A stretch of 63,818 nucleotides of DNA, counting the filler. It is 18 parts of 18 records of this genome, joined end to end, with 100 filler letters (N's around TTAATTAATTAA, not from the genome) between each part and the next. Parts side by side here need not be neighbours in the genome. Positions count along the whole stretch, not along the records: positions 10,940 to 13,889 come from SRR16133337_94325; positions 13,990 to 16,034 come from SRR16133337_94484; positions 16,135 to 18,409 come from SRR16133337_94906; positions 18,510 to 21,346 come from SRR16133337_95323; positions 21,447 to 24,750 come from SRR16133337_95446; positions 24,851 to 27,269 come from SRR16133337_96216; 12 more parts are not named here. One strand, written 5' to 3'. Both the position numbers and the translations under genes were made by a program. A model generated the notes under the pieces. The model was not told where the DNA came from. It saw only the letters and a program-made list of their open reading frames with translations, and did no database searches. This document shows, piece by piece, positions 12,308 through 24,860 of this stretch (position 1 is its first letter; every line of letters starts with the position of its first letter).

Positions 12308-13889
12308 ATGATTTCTAAGGTAGAAAAAAAACTACAAAAAACCCATCGACCACAAGTTCTTCATGTATTTTGTTCTTCTTATGTCATTTTAGGTTGTTCT
12401 TTTTATATGCGCACGGGTGCTGCTAGGTGAGTATATCTCAATAAGCGTAGATAAGTAAAAAAATTTCCAGGAAGCTTTGTACGAAATAATTCCGTTCTTT
12501 TTGAAATTAATTCTACGTTCTACCGGTTCCGTTCATTTCAAGGGACCAGCTCACGTTTTTTTTCCGAAGTGATGCGAAATTTAGCACCTACTTTTTCATT
12601 TCAACTGAGCGCAACACATTGCAGGCAACGGACTTTTTTGTGAAGAGGGCTCGCACAAACTTCACTTTGGTTCGGTGAAATCAGAACAAAGTAATATTAT
12701 TTCACCAAAGGCATTTTCACTACCGTTGGTTGGGTCCACTCGCAAAAAAAATCGAAAAAAGTTCCGAGAAATCAAATGTGTGTGAAAGAGAGATGTGTAA
12801 TTTCAATTGTATACCCTAGCTTTCGTACACGTTTCATATTTGTTGTTAAGTACCTATGGACTGATGAAAATTTTTACGTCCTCTCGCTAATTGCTAACGC
12901 TTTTTTAGCGTGGTCGAAAACTAGGATATACAAACTCTTCAAAAACTATTTTTTGTTTTTCGTAGCCGAAACTGAGCAGTATGGTTATGATGGAGGGTAT
13001 GACTCTGGAGGATACGGAGGAGGGCATGACCAGTCATCCGGTGGTGACTACGGTTATCAGCCATCCACAGGTGAGCACCTCTCGTGAAGGTTGATCAAGA
13101 ATTTTATTTTTAGTCACAGGGAGGAAGTGCAACAGGAACAATTTCACTTCGCGTTCACATTTTATATTTGGGTTTCGTGTTTTTTTGTGTGTCAGGGTGC
13201 CCACTGGTATCAAGACATTTTTTTTTAGGTTCTTAGAGTTGGATCACCCCCACATTTCACACCCACCTTCAAAGCTATTTATTTCCAAAAATCCGAAGGG
13301 GTGGGTGATACCTTGTGAAAATACACTGACAAAGAATTTCGCTTTGGAAATGTGAAAAAACGTTGAAATTTCTAAATGTATGTGAAAAACGTCGTTTCAT
13401 TTTTCTACAAAAACTATAAAGCAAGTCACAATCAAATTTATACAAGCCAAAAATGATTAAAGTATGGTATTACATTGCGAATGAAAATGACATTTAAATT
13501 ACATGAGTGATGTACAAATGCGTCAAAGTTTGAAGTTGAAAGAGGATGGGTTGGGTGTGAGGTGTGGTGGAACATTTGAAAGCCCCACAATTCGCTTTTC
13601 GAAGAGAGTGAGGATATGTGAATCATTCATTGATATGATCTGTCTTTTTCTTGAGCTATCGCACGTGAAACAAAGTTCGTTTAAAGCAATTTTTGTTCGA
13701 ATGTGTCATGTATGGTGTTCGCCCACTACTTTTTGTTCGGTGGCCTCCATCGCTATTTTTCAGAGCTTTTCAGACTTCCCACACTCATCAATGGTGAAGA
13801 TCCGCGTCGCTCTAAACTTTGTCCTTTATGTGTTAGATTACGGTTATCAACCATCAAACGGCTATGAAAACAATTACGGTTACGAACAG
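12308..13889 (+). CDS. Spliced eukaryotic secreted Gly/Tyr-rich protein (four exons, 3' partial)
   Basis: Exons 12308-12319, 12393-12426, 12966-13070 and 13837-13889 join in phase via GT-AG introns: MISK-VVLFICARVLL-AETEQYGYDGGYDSGGYGGGHDQSSGGDYGYQPST-DYGYQPSNGYENNYGYEQ. Confidence 0.75.
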
Positions 13890-13989
13890 NNNNNNNNNNN
13901 NNNNNNNNNNNNNNNNNNNNNNNNNNNNNNNNNTTAATTAATTAANNNNNNNNNNNNNNNNNNNNNNNNNNNNNNNNNNNNNNNNNNNN

Positions 13990-14436
13990 AAAAGAACAAA
14001 TACCCACAGCTTCCCAACCAACAAGCATCGTAACTAACTGAGAAGAAAATATTAAAAAGAGCATACAAAAAACAAATAAGCTTAAAAGCGATATAAATTT
14101 TAAGTAACTATTATCGTTATCCATGTAATATATAGAATATAAGTGAATTAAAGTTCCAACAGTTATTACAATAAAACTTAAAATAGCCACCGTAAAATTA
14201 TTATTAAATTCTCAAAAAACTAAAAAATTATTAAATGAAAATCAGTTACTCATATAAATAATTGATGAGTTTGAATTAAAAATAATTCAGTATATATTAT
14301 ATATATTTAAAAAAATGTTTAAACTAAAAAAAAAAACAATTAAAAAATTAATACCTAAAATACCTAATTTATGAGAAAAACCTATTATTAGTAAACAATT
14401 AATGAGCGGTAAAAATAATATAGATATTATGTATAT
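13990..14436 (-). CDS. nad5: Mitochondrial NADH dehydrogenase subunit 5, 5' part (TGA=Trp)
   Basis: IHLYSIYYMDND..KFISLLSLFVFCML...GWEAVGICSF is Nad5. With TGA=Trp (3 in-frame TGA, including NWFSF and VFWEF) the frame extends to ATA-TAC at 14436, giving a typical (M)YIISILFLPL N-terminus. Confidence 0.9.
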
Positions 14437-14496
14437 TAAAGTTGTTTGCTATTTAGGAAATGGGTACACTTAGGGTAAATATATATATATATAGTA

Positions 14497-16032
14497 TTAT
14501 TTAAATTTTTCATTTAACTCTTTATTCAAAATTTCTAAAACCTCTTGTACACTTTTGTTTTCAAACCTTTTTTCAACTTCTCAAGAACGATCGGCCCATT
14601 CTTCAAAAACTCAATTAATTTTTCTAACATGTAAAAGATGTTTAAATGTTCATTGTCATTCAGAACCCATATGTTTAAGCATATAAGAACTTATACGATA
14701 CTGGTATGGTAAAAATTTACCTGATGGTGCTTTTTCAATCATCTTGAGTACTTTCAAATACTTATTTGAAGCCCTTTTTGTTAAAAAATGTAGTATTCTC
14801 ATACTGAGTAAATGAGAATTTTTTTTTGCAAACTCCCAAGTTTTATTTTTTATTTTATTTTTAAAAATCAAAACTTTTATTAAAACATAAACGTAATAAA
14901 AAGGTCTAATAATTATAATTCCTGTTCTTTTAAGTATAAAATTAAATAATTTTTTATATTCCTTACTAACTATATAAAATAAAGTCTCTAATAAAACTGA
15001 TCTAAAATTTTCTAAAATAAGATAAATAATAATAATAACGAAAGCAAGAACACCAGCACCTTCGTTAGGACGTTCATATTTATATCAAAAATATTCTCAA
15101 CGTAAAACCAGAGCGAATGTTGTACTTTCTGCATCGCTGTAGCCTAATAAAGTCCTTTCAAGCATAACATAAAAGAAACTACCCGGCGAAAAAAATAGAA
15201 CTTTTTTCTTTTTAATACAAAAATAAAGATACAAACTTCATATTTTTTCAAAAGATGGAAATATATATATTCTAGTTAATGCTCAACGTAAATGTTGAAA
15301 TAAGTAATAGCTTGTTATGCTAATTAGAAAAAATACTATAAAAAACTTAAATAAAGCCTGGCCTTTTAATAGTATAGTATTATTTATTATAGTCTCATAA
15401 TTAATAACTGGGGTTACTACTAAAAAAGATAGTAGAGAGGAGTCATCAGCTTCTATACTATCGTTTAAACTTAAAAAATCTTCTTCTAATAAATTTTCTG
15501 AATTTTTTAACAGGTTACCAAGAGATTTAAATTCCTTTTTAAGAAAATTTTCTTGAGACTCCCCATATACATCTAATTCAAAAGCTTTCATTGTTTCTCA
15601 ATTAAATTTAAAAAAGTCTCCTTCTTTTTTTAAAAAAAATTTATGCTCCTCTGAAAGATTATCTAGAAGTCTTTCTTGAAAATCTATTGGCCATTTTTGA
15701 AAATTTTTATTAAACCTCTCCACTGAAGAAGGCGCTAAAGATTCAAAACTTTGAATATTTTGTGTAAGCCTGTTTTCTAAATAATTTAACACTTTTTCAT
15801 TTTCGTAATAAATAGCTCCCTCTGATTGATTTAATAAGTTATTTATTAATTCTCTTGGAATTCCTCGAGCATTAATAAATTGGTCTTTTTGCAAAATTGA
15901 TGATTTGTTATTGTTGGAAGGAAAAAATACTACTGATTGGTAATAACCCTTTTTAGGGTTAAATATTATTGTTGATACATCTTTTTGACTTCCAAAAAAA
16001 ACATGAAAGGGGTTAAAAGGCTTTGAAGAAAT
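14497..16032 (-). CDS. Unassigned mitochondrial ORF, at least 511 aa under genetic code 4 (5' partial)
   Basis: Track ORFs 15598-15894, 15283-15591 and 14656-14871 share one frame. It is interrupted only by TGA (9 counted) from the contig edge to TAA at 14497-14499. Confidence 0.8.
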
Positions 16033-16215
16033 CANNNNNNNNNNNNNNNNNNNNNNNNNNNNNNNNNNNNNNNNNNNNTTAATTAATTAANNNNNNNNNN
16101 NNNNNNNNNNNNNNNNNNNNNNNNNNNNNNNNNNTAATCAGCAAAAAAAAAGCATCACATAAGAATATTAATATTTCATTGTAAGGTCATATTTAGAAAG
16201 GCTAAATATTTTTTG

Positions 16216-16327
16216 TAGTATCACCACGCCAATGGGCACGCAGGAGTACTATCGATGATACAAAAGTTTACTTTTGCATCATCAAATGATAGTGTATTGA
16301 ATTCCTGGGCCACTTATAGTGATACTA
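16216..16327 (-). other. Nested stem-loop in the presumed LINE 3' UTR
   Basis: Outer arms 16216-16225 / 16318-16327 and inner arms 16252-16267 / 16270-16285. The mismatches become G-U wobbles on the minus (element-sense) strand. Confidence 0.6.
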
Positions 16328-16634
16328 GAAAAAATAATATACATTAACTAGTATGAGAATTAAACATTTAATTAATACATAATCATACAATTAGTTAGGA
16401 TGAATAACATTTTAGAAATGTAAAGTTAAGTGTTTTTAAGGATCAAAAAGCAAATAAAATAGAAACAAAATCAGTTATTTTATGTCAATTTTCCATACAA
16501 ATTATCAATAATGTAGATTGAATATTTTAATATTTATAAATTTTTTAAATTAAATTCTTGTTATCCATACATACACCATTTATTCCTCCCCCCCTCCCCC
16601 CTCCGAAGGTCTAAACAAATTTTATATTCTTGAT

Positions 16635-18407
16635 TTATTGGTTACATTCATTGCAGTTAACTTTATTACAAACAAGTGCAAGATTATCTAAGAGAAGAGT
16701 CTTTAATTGAGATGAGAATCGTTTTTTTGACATATTATCCTTAAAAATAAAATTGTGTTCAATATTATCATTATTCTGTTCAGTATTAGGTATGATAATT
16801 TCATTCCACAACCTTGGAAAATTAGAAATAGGGAAATGCTTTTGAGATTCAAGGCGTATAAATGGAATATTAAAGAGATTGGCATTTCTCAGAACTCTAT
16901 TTGCCCGTGTATTATTTTTCTTCCATAAATTATCAAAGGAACATGGTAATCTTTGGTGAACATAATCATACATAGTTAATAAAGATGAATAGGTAGCTTG
17001 ATCTTTAATTGGGAGTATTTCAGTTTTTTTGAAAATGGGAACAGTATGAGCGTTATATTTAGAAAGAGAAATAGTTCTTATTGCTTTCTTTTGTAATAGT
17101 TCAAGTTTATTTAAATTATTTCTAGAGGCACAACTCCAAATGGGAATGCAATATGAGAAGTGACTATGTACAAGTGAACTATATAAAGTTTTTAAAGCTT
17201 TTTTATCAATAAAATGTTTAGCAGAGTTAATAGCAAAGAGTGATCTGGACACCCTTGAATGAATTGCATCAATATGATGCTTGAAATTCAATTTGGGATC
17301 AATATAAACACCAAGAAATTTAATTGCAGGAATTACTGAACTTGAGTTAACAAAAGATAATTTAATTATATTATTTTCTTCATTCTGATCATCATTATTG
17401 TTATCTAAAACAATGTTTAGCTCATTAAAGTTAATATTTGATTCATTTTTAGTGAAAATCATAAATTTAGTCTTTCCTGGGTGCAAGGAGAGTTCATTTG
17501 TTCTAAACCAGTAACAGATCTTTTTTAGTTCAACATTTAACAAATCTATAGTTTCATTTAAGTTTTTTCCAGATATTAAAAAGCTTGTATCATCAGCAAA
17601 CAATAAAGTAAATAAACTAGTGCAATTAGCTAAATCATTAATGTATATTAGAAATAAAAGAGGGCCTAAAATAGATCCCTGTGGAACACCTTTAGTTATG
17701 AATCTAAGATTAGAATTGCCATCATTAACATTTACAAATTGCTGTCTGTTTTTTAAATAATTTTCAAACCATTTTAATTCTCTTCCCTTTACCCCTAGTT
17801 TAGAAAGCTTACTCAATAATATTTTATGAGAGCAACAATCAAATGCTTTTTGAAGATCACAAAACACTCCAATTGTTATCTTCTTTTCATTATCATTTTC
17901 AGCAATTTTGTTAATAAGGTGCATAATAGGATGAAGAGTAGATTTTTTTCTTTGAAAGCCATACTGATGTTTATACAAAAGATTGTTTTCATCAAGAAAT
18001 TCAGTTAGTCTTAGTGCAACAATTTTTTCAAGAATTTTTGAGAAGATAGGCAATAAACTTATTGGTCTATAGTTAGACATAGTGCAAAGAAGATCAGAAT
18101 CTTTAGAATTAAGTTTAAAAATAGGTTTAACTTTAGCTGTCTTAAATTCAGAAGGAATCTCTCCCGATTGGAGAGAGAGATTAAGTATATGTGTAAAAGG
18201 GAGTGCAACATTTTCAATAACCTTTTTTAGGAGAAAATTAGATATACCAAACATGTCTTGACTTGATTTAGATTCTAATCCTTTCACAATTTTTAATACA
18301 TCATGAACAAAGATATTGGAAAAAGCAAAATTAAGGTTAGATTCAACAGTGTAAAATGAACAATCTCTATTAGAAGTATTTAAATCATCTGATATTTTAT
18401 CTGCTAT
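16635..18407 (-). mobile_element. Non-LTR retrotransposon (LINE; CR1/L2/Jockey-like) ORF2 reverse transcriptase, 5' truncated by the contig end
   Basis: NYRPISLLPIFSKILEK, DLQKAFD, GVPQGSILGPLLFLIYINDL, FADD and KFLGV motifs; C-terminal CNKVNCNEC. The frame is open to the contig edge. Confidence 0.93.
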
Positions 18408-18509
18408 TGNNNNNNNNNNNNNNNNNNNNNNNNNNNNNNNNNNNNNNNNNNNNTTAATTAATTAANNNNNNNNNNNNNNNNNNNNNNNNNNNNNNNNNNN
18501 NNNNNNNNN

Positions 18510-18809
18510 ATGTATCATCAAAAACAATTAATAGGAATTATTGGACTTTGGTTCTTAACAAGACATTATATTGGAAAAACCATAGAACCTGATCATGTTG
18601 TAATTCATGTTGATTATAGAGGTAAAAACCTTGGAAAATTATTGTTTGATTGGATGTACACCTATGCGAAAAAAAAAGGATACGAGGCAACTGAATTGAA
18701 TGCCTATACTGGAAATCGAAAATCTCATAAGTTTTATTTAAATGAGGGCTATGAAATTTTCGGATATCACTTTATTAAAGTTTTACGAGAGGATGCCACT
18801 TTTTATTAA
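18510..18809 (+). CDS. GNAT-family N-acetyltransferase (probably 5' partial)
   Basis: Acetyl-CoA-binding motifs DHVVIHVDYRGKNLGKLL and NRKSHKFYLNEGY; begins at the contig edge. Confidence 0.85.
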   Translation: MYHQKQLIGIIGLWFLTRHYIGKTIEPDHVVIHVDYRGKNLGKLLFDWMYTYAKKKGYEATELNAYTGNRKSHKFYLNEGYEIFGYHFIKVLREDATFY

Positions 18810-18893
18810 AAGATTTTACTCTTACTTATACTTCATCTCCTTCTTTTATCAAATAAAAAAAATCAATCCTTCTCTCATTTATGAATTAAGTTT

Positions 18894-18901
18894 TATTTTT
18901 G
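18894..18901 (+). promoter_or_regulatory. Bacteroidota -7 promoter box (TAnnTTTG) of guaA
   Basis: TATTTTTG ends only 3 nt before the ATG at 18905. Confidence 0.55.
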
Positions 18902-18904
18902 CAC

Positions 18905-20437
18905 ATGCAACAAAAAGTACTTATTTTAGATTTTGGGTCGCAATTCACACAACTTATTGCACGTAAAGTTAGAGAACTCAACATCTATTGCGAAATACAT
19001 CCTTACAACAACGTAAAAGTTAATATAGATGATTATAAAGCGGTTATTCTTTCTGGAAGCCCATATTCTGTGAGAGGAAAAACGGGTCCAAAACCAGATT
19101 TGTCAAAAATTAAAGGAAAAAAACCGCTTTTAGGAATTTGTTATGGTGCTCAATATTTAGCTCATTTTTATGGAGGTGAAGTTGGAATCTCTAAAACAAG
19201 AGAATATGGTAGAGCCCATCTTTCTTATGTAGATTCTTCAAGCCCTTTATTTAAAGGGATTCAAAAAAACAGTCAGGTTTGGATGAGTCATTCAGATACC
19301 ATACTACATTTGCCCAAAAATTATATTTGTATTGCAAGTACACAAGATGTTAAAAATGTAGCCTATAAAATTGAAGGAGAAGATACCTATGCGATTCAGT
19401 TTCATCCAGAAGTATACCATTCAACAGATGGAATGACTTTATTGAAAAACTTTTTAGTAGATCTTGCAAATATAGAGCAAGCGTGGACTCCTGATTGTTT
19501 TGTAGAAACAGCCATTGCTACCATTAAAGAAAAAGTAGGAAATGACAAAGTAGTACTCGGTTTGTCTGGTGGAGTGGATTCTACCGTAGCAGCTGTATTA
19601 CTTGATAAAGCTATAGGAAAAAACGGATACTGTATTTTCATTAACAATGGTTTATTGCGTAAAAATGAATTTGAAAACGTTTTAAAGCAATACGAAGGTA
19701 TGGGCTTAAACGTAAAAGGAGTAGATGCTTCTGAACGTTTTTTAGAGGCTTTAAAAGGGGAATCAGATCCTGAAAAAAAACGTAAAATTATTGGACGTTG
19801 TTTTGTGGAAGTATTTGATGATGAATCTCATTTATTAACGGATGTAAAATGGTTGGCACAAGGAACGATATATCCAGATGTAATTGAATCTATATCTGTC
19901 AATGGAGGACCTTCAGCCACCATTAAATCACATCATAATGTTGGTGGACTTCCAGACTTTATGAAATTAAAAATTATAGAACCTTTACGTATGATTTTTA
20001 AAGATGAAGTACGCAGAGTAGGAAAAACATTAGGAATTGATCCAGAATTGTTAGGAAGGCATCCTTTCCCTGGACCAGGAATGGGAATCCGTATTTTAGG
20101 AGAGATTACTGCTGAAAAAGTAAAAACTTTACAAGAAGTAGATGCGATTTTTATAAACGGTTTGAAAGCTTGGGCATTGTACGATAAAGTTTGGCAAGCT
20201 GGGGCCATGTTATTACCCGTAAATTCTGTAGGTGTAATGGGTGATGAACGTACTTATGAAAAAGCAATCGTTTTACGGGCGGTTGAATCAACAGATGGAA
20301 TGACAGCAGATTGGGTGGATTTACCGTATAAATTTTTACAAGAAACTTCTAATAAAATTATTAACAATGTAAAAGGTATAAACCGCGTTGTTTATGACAT
20401 CAGCTCAAAACCGCCTGCTACAATTGAATGGGAATAA
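18905..20437 (+). CDS. guaA: GMP synthase (glutamine-hydrolysing)
   Basis: [45 protein letters not shown] and C-terminal KPPATIEWE. Confidence 0.98.
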   Translation: MQQKVLILDFGSQFTQLIARKVRELNIYCEIHPYNNVKVNIDDYKAVILSGSPYSVRGKTGPKPDLSKIKGKKPLLGICYGAQYLAHFYGGEVGISKTREYGRAHLSYVDSSSPLFKGIQKNSQVWMSHSDTILHLPKNYICIASTQDVKNVAYKIEGEDTYAIQFHPEVYHSTDGMTLLKNFLVDLANIEQAWTPDCFVETAIATIKEKVGNDKVVLGLSGGVDSTVAAVLLDKAIGKNGYCIFINNGLLRKNEFENVLKQYEGMGLNVKGVDASERFLEALKGESDPEKKRKIIGRCFVEVFDDESHLLTDVKWLAQGTIYPDVIESISVNGGPSATIKSHHNVGGLPDFMKLKIIEPLRMIFKDEVRRVGKTLGIDPELLGRHPFPGPGMGIRILGEITAEKVKTLQEVDAIFINGLKAWALYDKVWQAGAMLLPVNSVGVMGDERTYEKAIVLRAVESTDGMTADWVDLPYKFLQETSNKIINNVKGINRVVYDISSKPPATIEWE

Positions 20438-20493
20438 AGTCATGAATGGAGTATAAATAACTTTCATTTTTAATTCGTAAATTGTGATTCCTT

Positions 20494-21346
20494 ATGAGAA
20501 AAATTGTATTGTTATTAAGTATGTTACTGATCGTCCTTTCAGCTTGTGCACAACAACAAAAATACATCAGGTATACCGTTAAAGAGGGAGAAAGCATTCG
20601 TAAAATTGCGAAAAAATATAAATTAAAATCCAAAGATATTCTTCGTTTAAATCCAGAGGTTGGTAAAAAACCAAAAGCCAATACAGTCATTTTAATTCCG
20701 AATGTAAACTACAAGGAAAAAAAGGTATTGATGACTCCTTCTCAAAGTCATATTGCACAACCAAAGGAGACTTTATACGGAATTTCAAAACGATACCATG
20801 TAAGTATAGATGCTTTAAAAGAACTCAATCCTTTTTTAAACTCAGAAGGTTTGAAAATAGGAATGGTTTTAGAAATTCCAAATAACAAATTGCTCTCGAA
20901 AGAAGAGCTCTTAAAAAATCAATGGGAGATTTGGGCACAAGACTATAAACTGCACACGGTTGTAAAAGGGGATACATTTTATAGTTTGACACGTTTTTAT
21001 AAGATTTCTAAAGAACAATTAGAACTTTTAAACCCCCAACTTTCTAAAAGTTTAAAGCTAGGCATGGTTTTAAAAATTAGAAAAAAAATAAAATCTATTG
21101 AAGAAATTTCTGAAACGAAATCAGATTCTATAACTGCTATTTTTAAAGATAGCATCCTTTATGGAAAGACTTTAAATGTAGCTTTATTAATGCCTTTTAG
21201 ATTTACCCAAAATGATACTTTAAAAAAAGAGCAATTATTTTCTTCTAAAAACAACCTCGTCAATATTATTACAGATTTTTATTTAGGAGCCGAAATTGCA
21301 ATTGATTCCTTAAAAAATCAAGGTTTATCCATTAATTTAGAAGTGT
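20494..21346 (+). CDS. LysM-repeat secreted protein or lipoprotein (LysM + PBP1-like; 3' partial)
   Basis: Signal peptide, three LysM repeats (YTVKEGES, HIAQPKETLYGIS, HTVVKGDTFYSL), then NVALLMPF...DFYLGAEIAIDSL. This gene usually follows guaA in Flavobacteriaceae. Confidence 0.88.
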
Positions 21347-24164
21347 NNNNNNNNNNNNNNNNNNNNNNNNNNNNNNNNNNNNNNNNNNNNTTAATTAATT
21401 AANNNNNNNNNNNNNNNNNNNNNNNNNNNNNNNNNNNNNNNNNNNNTATTTACGTAAACACAAAATTCTAATTTTGGCACCTCACACCACGCACTCTACA
21501 CACTCCACACACCCACTCCATGCAAACATTTTTGCGAGCATAATTACAAACGACCACACGTTGACTTAAACATTGTAGCAGTAGGTATACCACTCCTCCA
21601 CCCTACCTGTATTCAATGTTTACGTAAATAAAGGATGGTCCCGAATTTAAAACATGGAACAACGAACAATACCACAAATGCGTTTATTGGTTGTTTTTTT
21701 AAAAAAATCTGTATTTATGGGGTGGTATGGGAATTGAAATGACACTCTTAAAACCACCGGATCAGTTGTTAAACACCCTTTCCGTCATTTTGGGTGGAGG
21801 TGGGGGTGTATGGGGGTGGATGGGTGTGCGGGGAATCCGATAAAGAAAACACGTTAAAAATAGCAATTTTAGTTGTTTGAAGTCACCCAAATTTTCTGGT
21901 TCATATATAACCATGCGCTCATCGCTGTTCAGGGGACATTTTCTACACTTGGACAAGCTTCCTTCAAGTGATTTCTTGAAAACGGAAAACAAAATATCGA
22001 GTTTGATTTTTCATATTTTCGTTCAAAAACAAGATACTTTCCATCCTTTAAATTATGCTTTTGGAAAAGTAGGTGCTGACACAATATATTTAAGATGCCC
22101 TTACATTGTAGTTTAAAATGAATTAACGATCATTGGTGTACAATCTAAGGATATGTATTTTTCTCCAAAAGAAAAAACATTGTGTATTTTGGACTTTCGC
22201 GACAGGAACAAGATTGCTCAATGTCTCCTACCTTAACAAAACAAATACAAATTTCTGTCTCAAAGTTAAAAACTGTGCGTTTTGGTGTGTTGTAGGAGTG
22301 GCTCTTGGAATAGCAGGTGTTGCTTTCTACACAATGTTTGATTTGAAAAAATGAATGAAGCACGGTGAAGCACGGGAAATAAATCCACGTTATTCGAATT
22401 GTAGCCGTATATGCATTAAACCTGTCAAATCACTCAATTTAGGAGGAAACGGTGACGCATTAGTATCAGGAGAACCCAAAAAGATGTTGTACTACTTCTC
22501 CAGCGATTTAGTGATCATCGGTGATACGAAGAAAGCACAAGTTGTTGTCAAACTGAATGCGTCCGAACAGAACAAAATTGTGAATACGAATGCGGAGACA
22601 CAGACCACAGTGATCAAGATGAAAGTTTGAAATGACAATTTCAACACTTCGTGATGCAAATTATGGAGTCGAGCAGGAATTTGAAATTTAAAATCAACAT
22701 ACTAAATACATCTTAGGTTGCAAACCAATGTTGAGAAATTGCTTACTCATCTACGTTTTATTAAAACAGCATTCTCATTTTCTAAATTTCAATTGAGCAT
22801 GAATCTCCCATGCACAGCCACAGTGTGCTCTTTTTGCCAAACAAACAAATACTTGTTCGATTTGCTGTCGAGAAAAGAATTCTCTTCGGTAACTCGACCC
22901 ACTGTGCTCCACAAAATACCACTTACGCAAGAGGTTTCTTTCACATAAATAACGCGACGTTTGGAATCAAGTTTATGTCAACTATATTATATAAACAAAA
23001 AAATCATTGTGCTTGGAAATGATTTTTTTTAAATGCAATCCATGACTTTCGTCGTGTGCCGTGAAGAGGATTCACAAATTCTCTACTCTCCGTCTTATTG
23101 TAACTTTTTGGCATCAAGTTTATGTCGCTTGTATTCTATTAACAAAATAAATTCCCGCAGTCATTCTAGGTTGCGCAACCACCGAGATTGCTATGTTCTG
23201 AAGCGGCGCGCCAAAGTAAGACACAAATGAGTGCCCACTTAATCTTAGTTATTTTCCGCCACCCACAGCGTTGGGCCAGTATCTGTCCATTCATTTTACT
23301 TCATTGAAACTAAATCTCCACTTGAATTTACATGTCGGAGATTATTTTAGAAAAGCGCCTTCGCACATTTTGCGGAAATAATTTTGCGATTGTGGCTACT
23401 GTGCTCCTGTACACTAACATGTCTCAATCGGGAGGAAACAAAAGCGTCACAACAAAACCAGCCGTCATCAAATATAATATATACAAGATCCATTATGAAG
23501 AGACACCACGAAAATTGACTTATTCCTACAAAACCACTGAGAATCCGGATTCCAAGGCTACTATATTGCCATAGTTCTTAATTCCGGAATATCTGTGAAC
23601 CATGTTTGGTGCACAAGGTTCTTGTTTTGTGTTTTTCGGTTAATAATTAACAATATTTCGACAACAACACGGCGTGTTACTCTCTGAGGTTTCAAAAGCG
23701 TGATTTTCGCTGACGTGACATATTGTACAGTAGCACAAGAGTTCATGGTGCATATGCCCTTGCACGACACCGCCTCTCATGACAGATCATATCACACAAA
23801 ACAACTCCACACGTAAGCCGCGATTATGGTTGAAAATGTAGGAAGGTGAGAGTCGTATGCAGAATTTGCTTAATCAACTCAGAAAATCTCCACAATTGAA
23901 ATAAAAAATAAGCCTGAATCACCACAGGACATGCGATTCGTTTTTTTCAATAAATGTTATATCTTGTCATTTTATTTTCAATTACACAAAGATATATCAC
24001 TTTTGTAAGGGAGTCATTTTTTGTTAAATATTCAAATCCTAAAAGTTTTCTTTTGTGAAGGAAGCGGGGAAACGTAGAAGGCGTGGAAGTGATATGTAGG
24101 GTGAAGGACAGCTGATATGGCATACTTTATATACATGTACGTTTGTTTTAGATATTGTGAGATC

Positions 24165-24337
24165 ATGGACAATAAACACCCAAAAGCTGAGGAATCTACT
24201 AAGAAGCGCGTATGCAAGAATGTAGGAATAATTGTACTATCCGTTTTAGCAGGTGTACTCTACGTCATCCAAACAGCACTCAATGTCGAAATGGGACGTG
24301 TTTTGGGAAATGGAAGCATCAGTACTTTTGTACTCGG
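24165..24337 (+). CDS. Possible first exon of a DMT/YdcZ-like membrane transporter (eukaryotic contig)
   Basis: IIVLSVLAGVLYVIQTALNVEMGRVLGNG resembles the YdcZ first-helix motif AG....Q..IN..LG. The exon end is uncertain. Confidence 0.35.
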
Positions 24338-24860
24338 CATACGTGGCTCTTTTATCAATTCCAGCATTGTCATAATAGTTCTACACACCGTCTCTGTAAA
24401 ACGCTTTTGGAAAACTCTGTTTAGAACGTGTAATAACTTTTTCGAAAAACTGTTTTGCGGAAAAACATGCGGCGAACACAAGAAAGGTACACCCTGTTTA
24501 ATATAATCAAATATGTTTATACATCCACATATTCGGTTTCGTAATAAAACATTTTCTCAGTCGACCACTGACATATTATAAACTTAACGTATTGTAGGCA
24601 TATATTAGAGCAGACACCGCATTCAAAATTCCTTTATTCTCCTACATTCGTTATAAATGTATAAGACAAAATACACGCAATAGCGCCAAATTTAGTAGTT
24701 TCCAAAACTCAACTTTTAAGTCTAAAAGTCTAAAATTAAAACTAATATGGNNNNNNNNNNNNNNNNNNNNNNNNNNNNNNNNNNNNNNNNNNNNTTAATT
24801 AATTAANNNNNNNNNNNNNNNNNNNNNNNNNNNNNNNNNNNNNNNNNNNNAATATCGGAT

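Noticed and set aside
13990-16034. Code-25 (TGA=Gly) or Mollicutes bacterial origin for the TGA-rich contig
   Set aside because: The TGA codons fall at Trp-like Nad5 positions, and nad5 is preceded by an orphan ORF rather than a nuo operon gene.
13990-21346. RT next to nad5 and guaA as a retron, DGR, group II intron or guaA-integrated element
   Set aside because: The three are separate contigs joined by spacers, and the RT has non-LTR retrotransposon motifs.
21447-23800. Short track ORFs in this contig (and most in 1-900 and 27370-29857) as genes
   Set aside because: No recognisable motifs. Some may be exons, but I could not build a consistent splice model.
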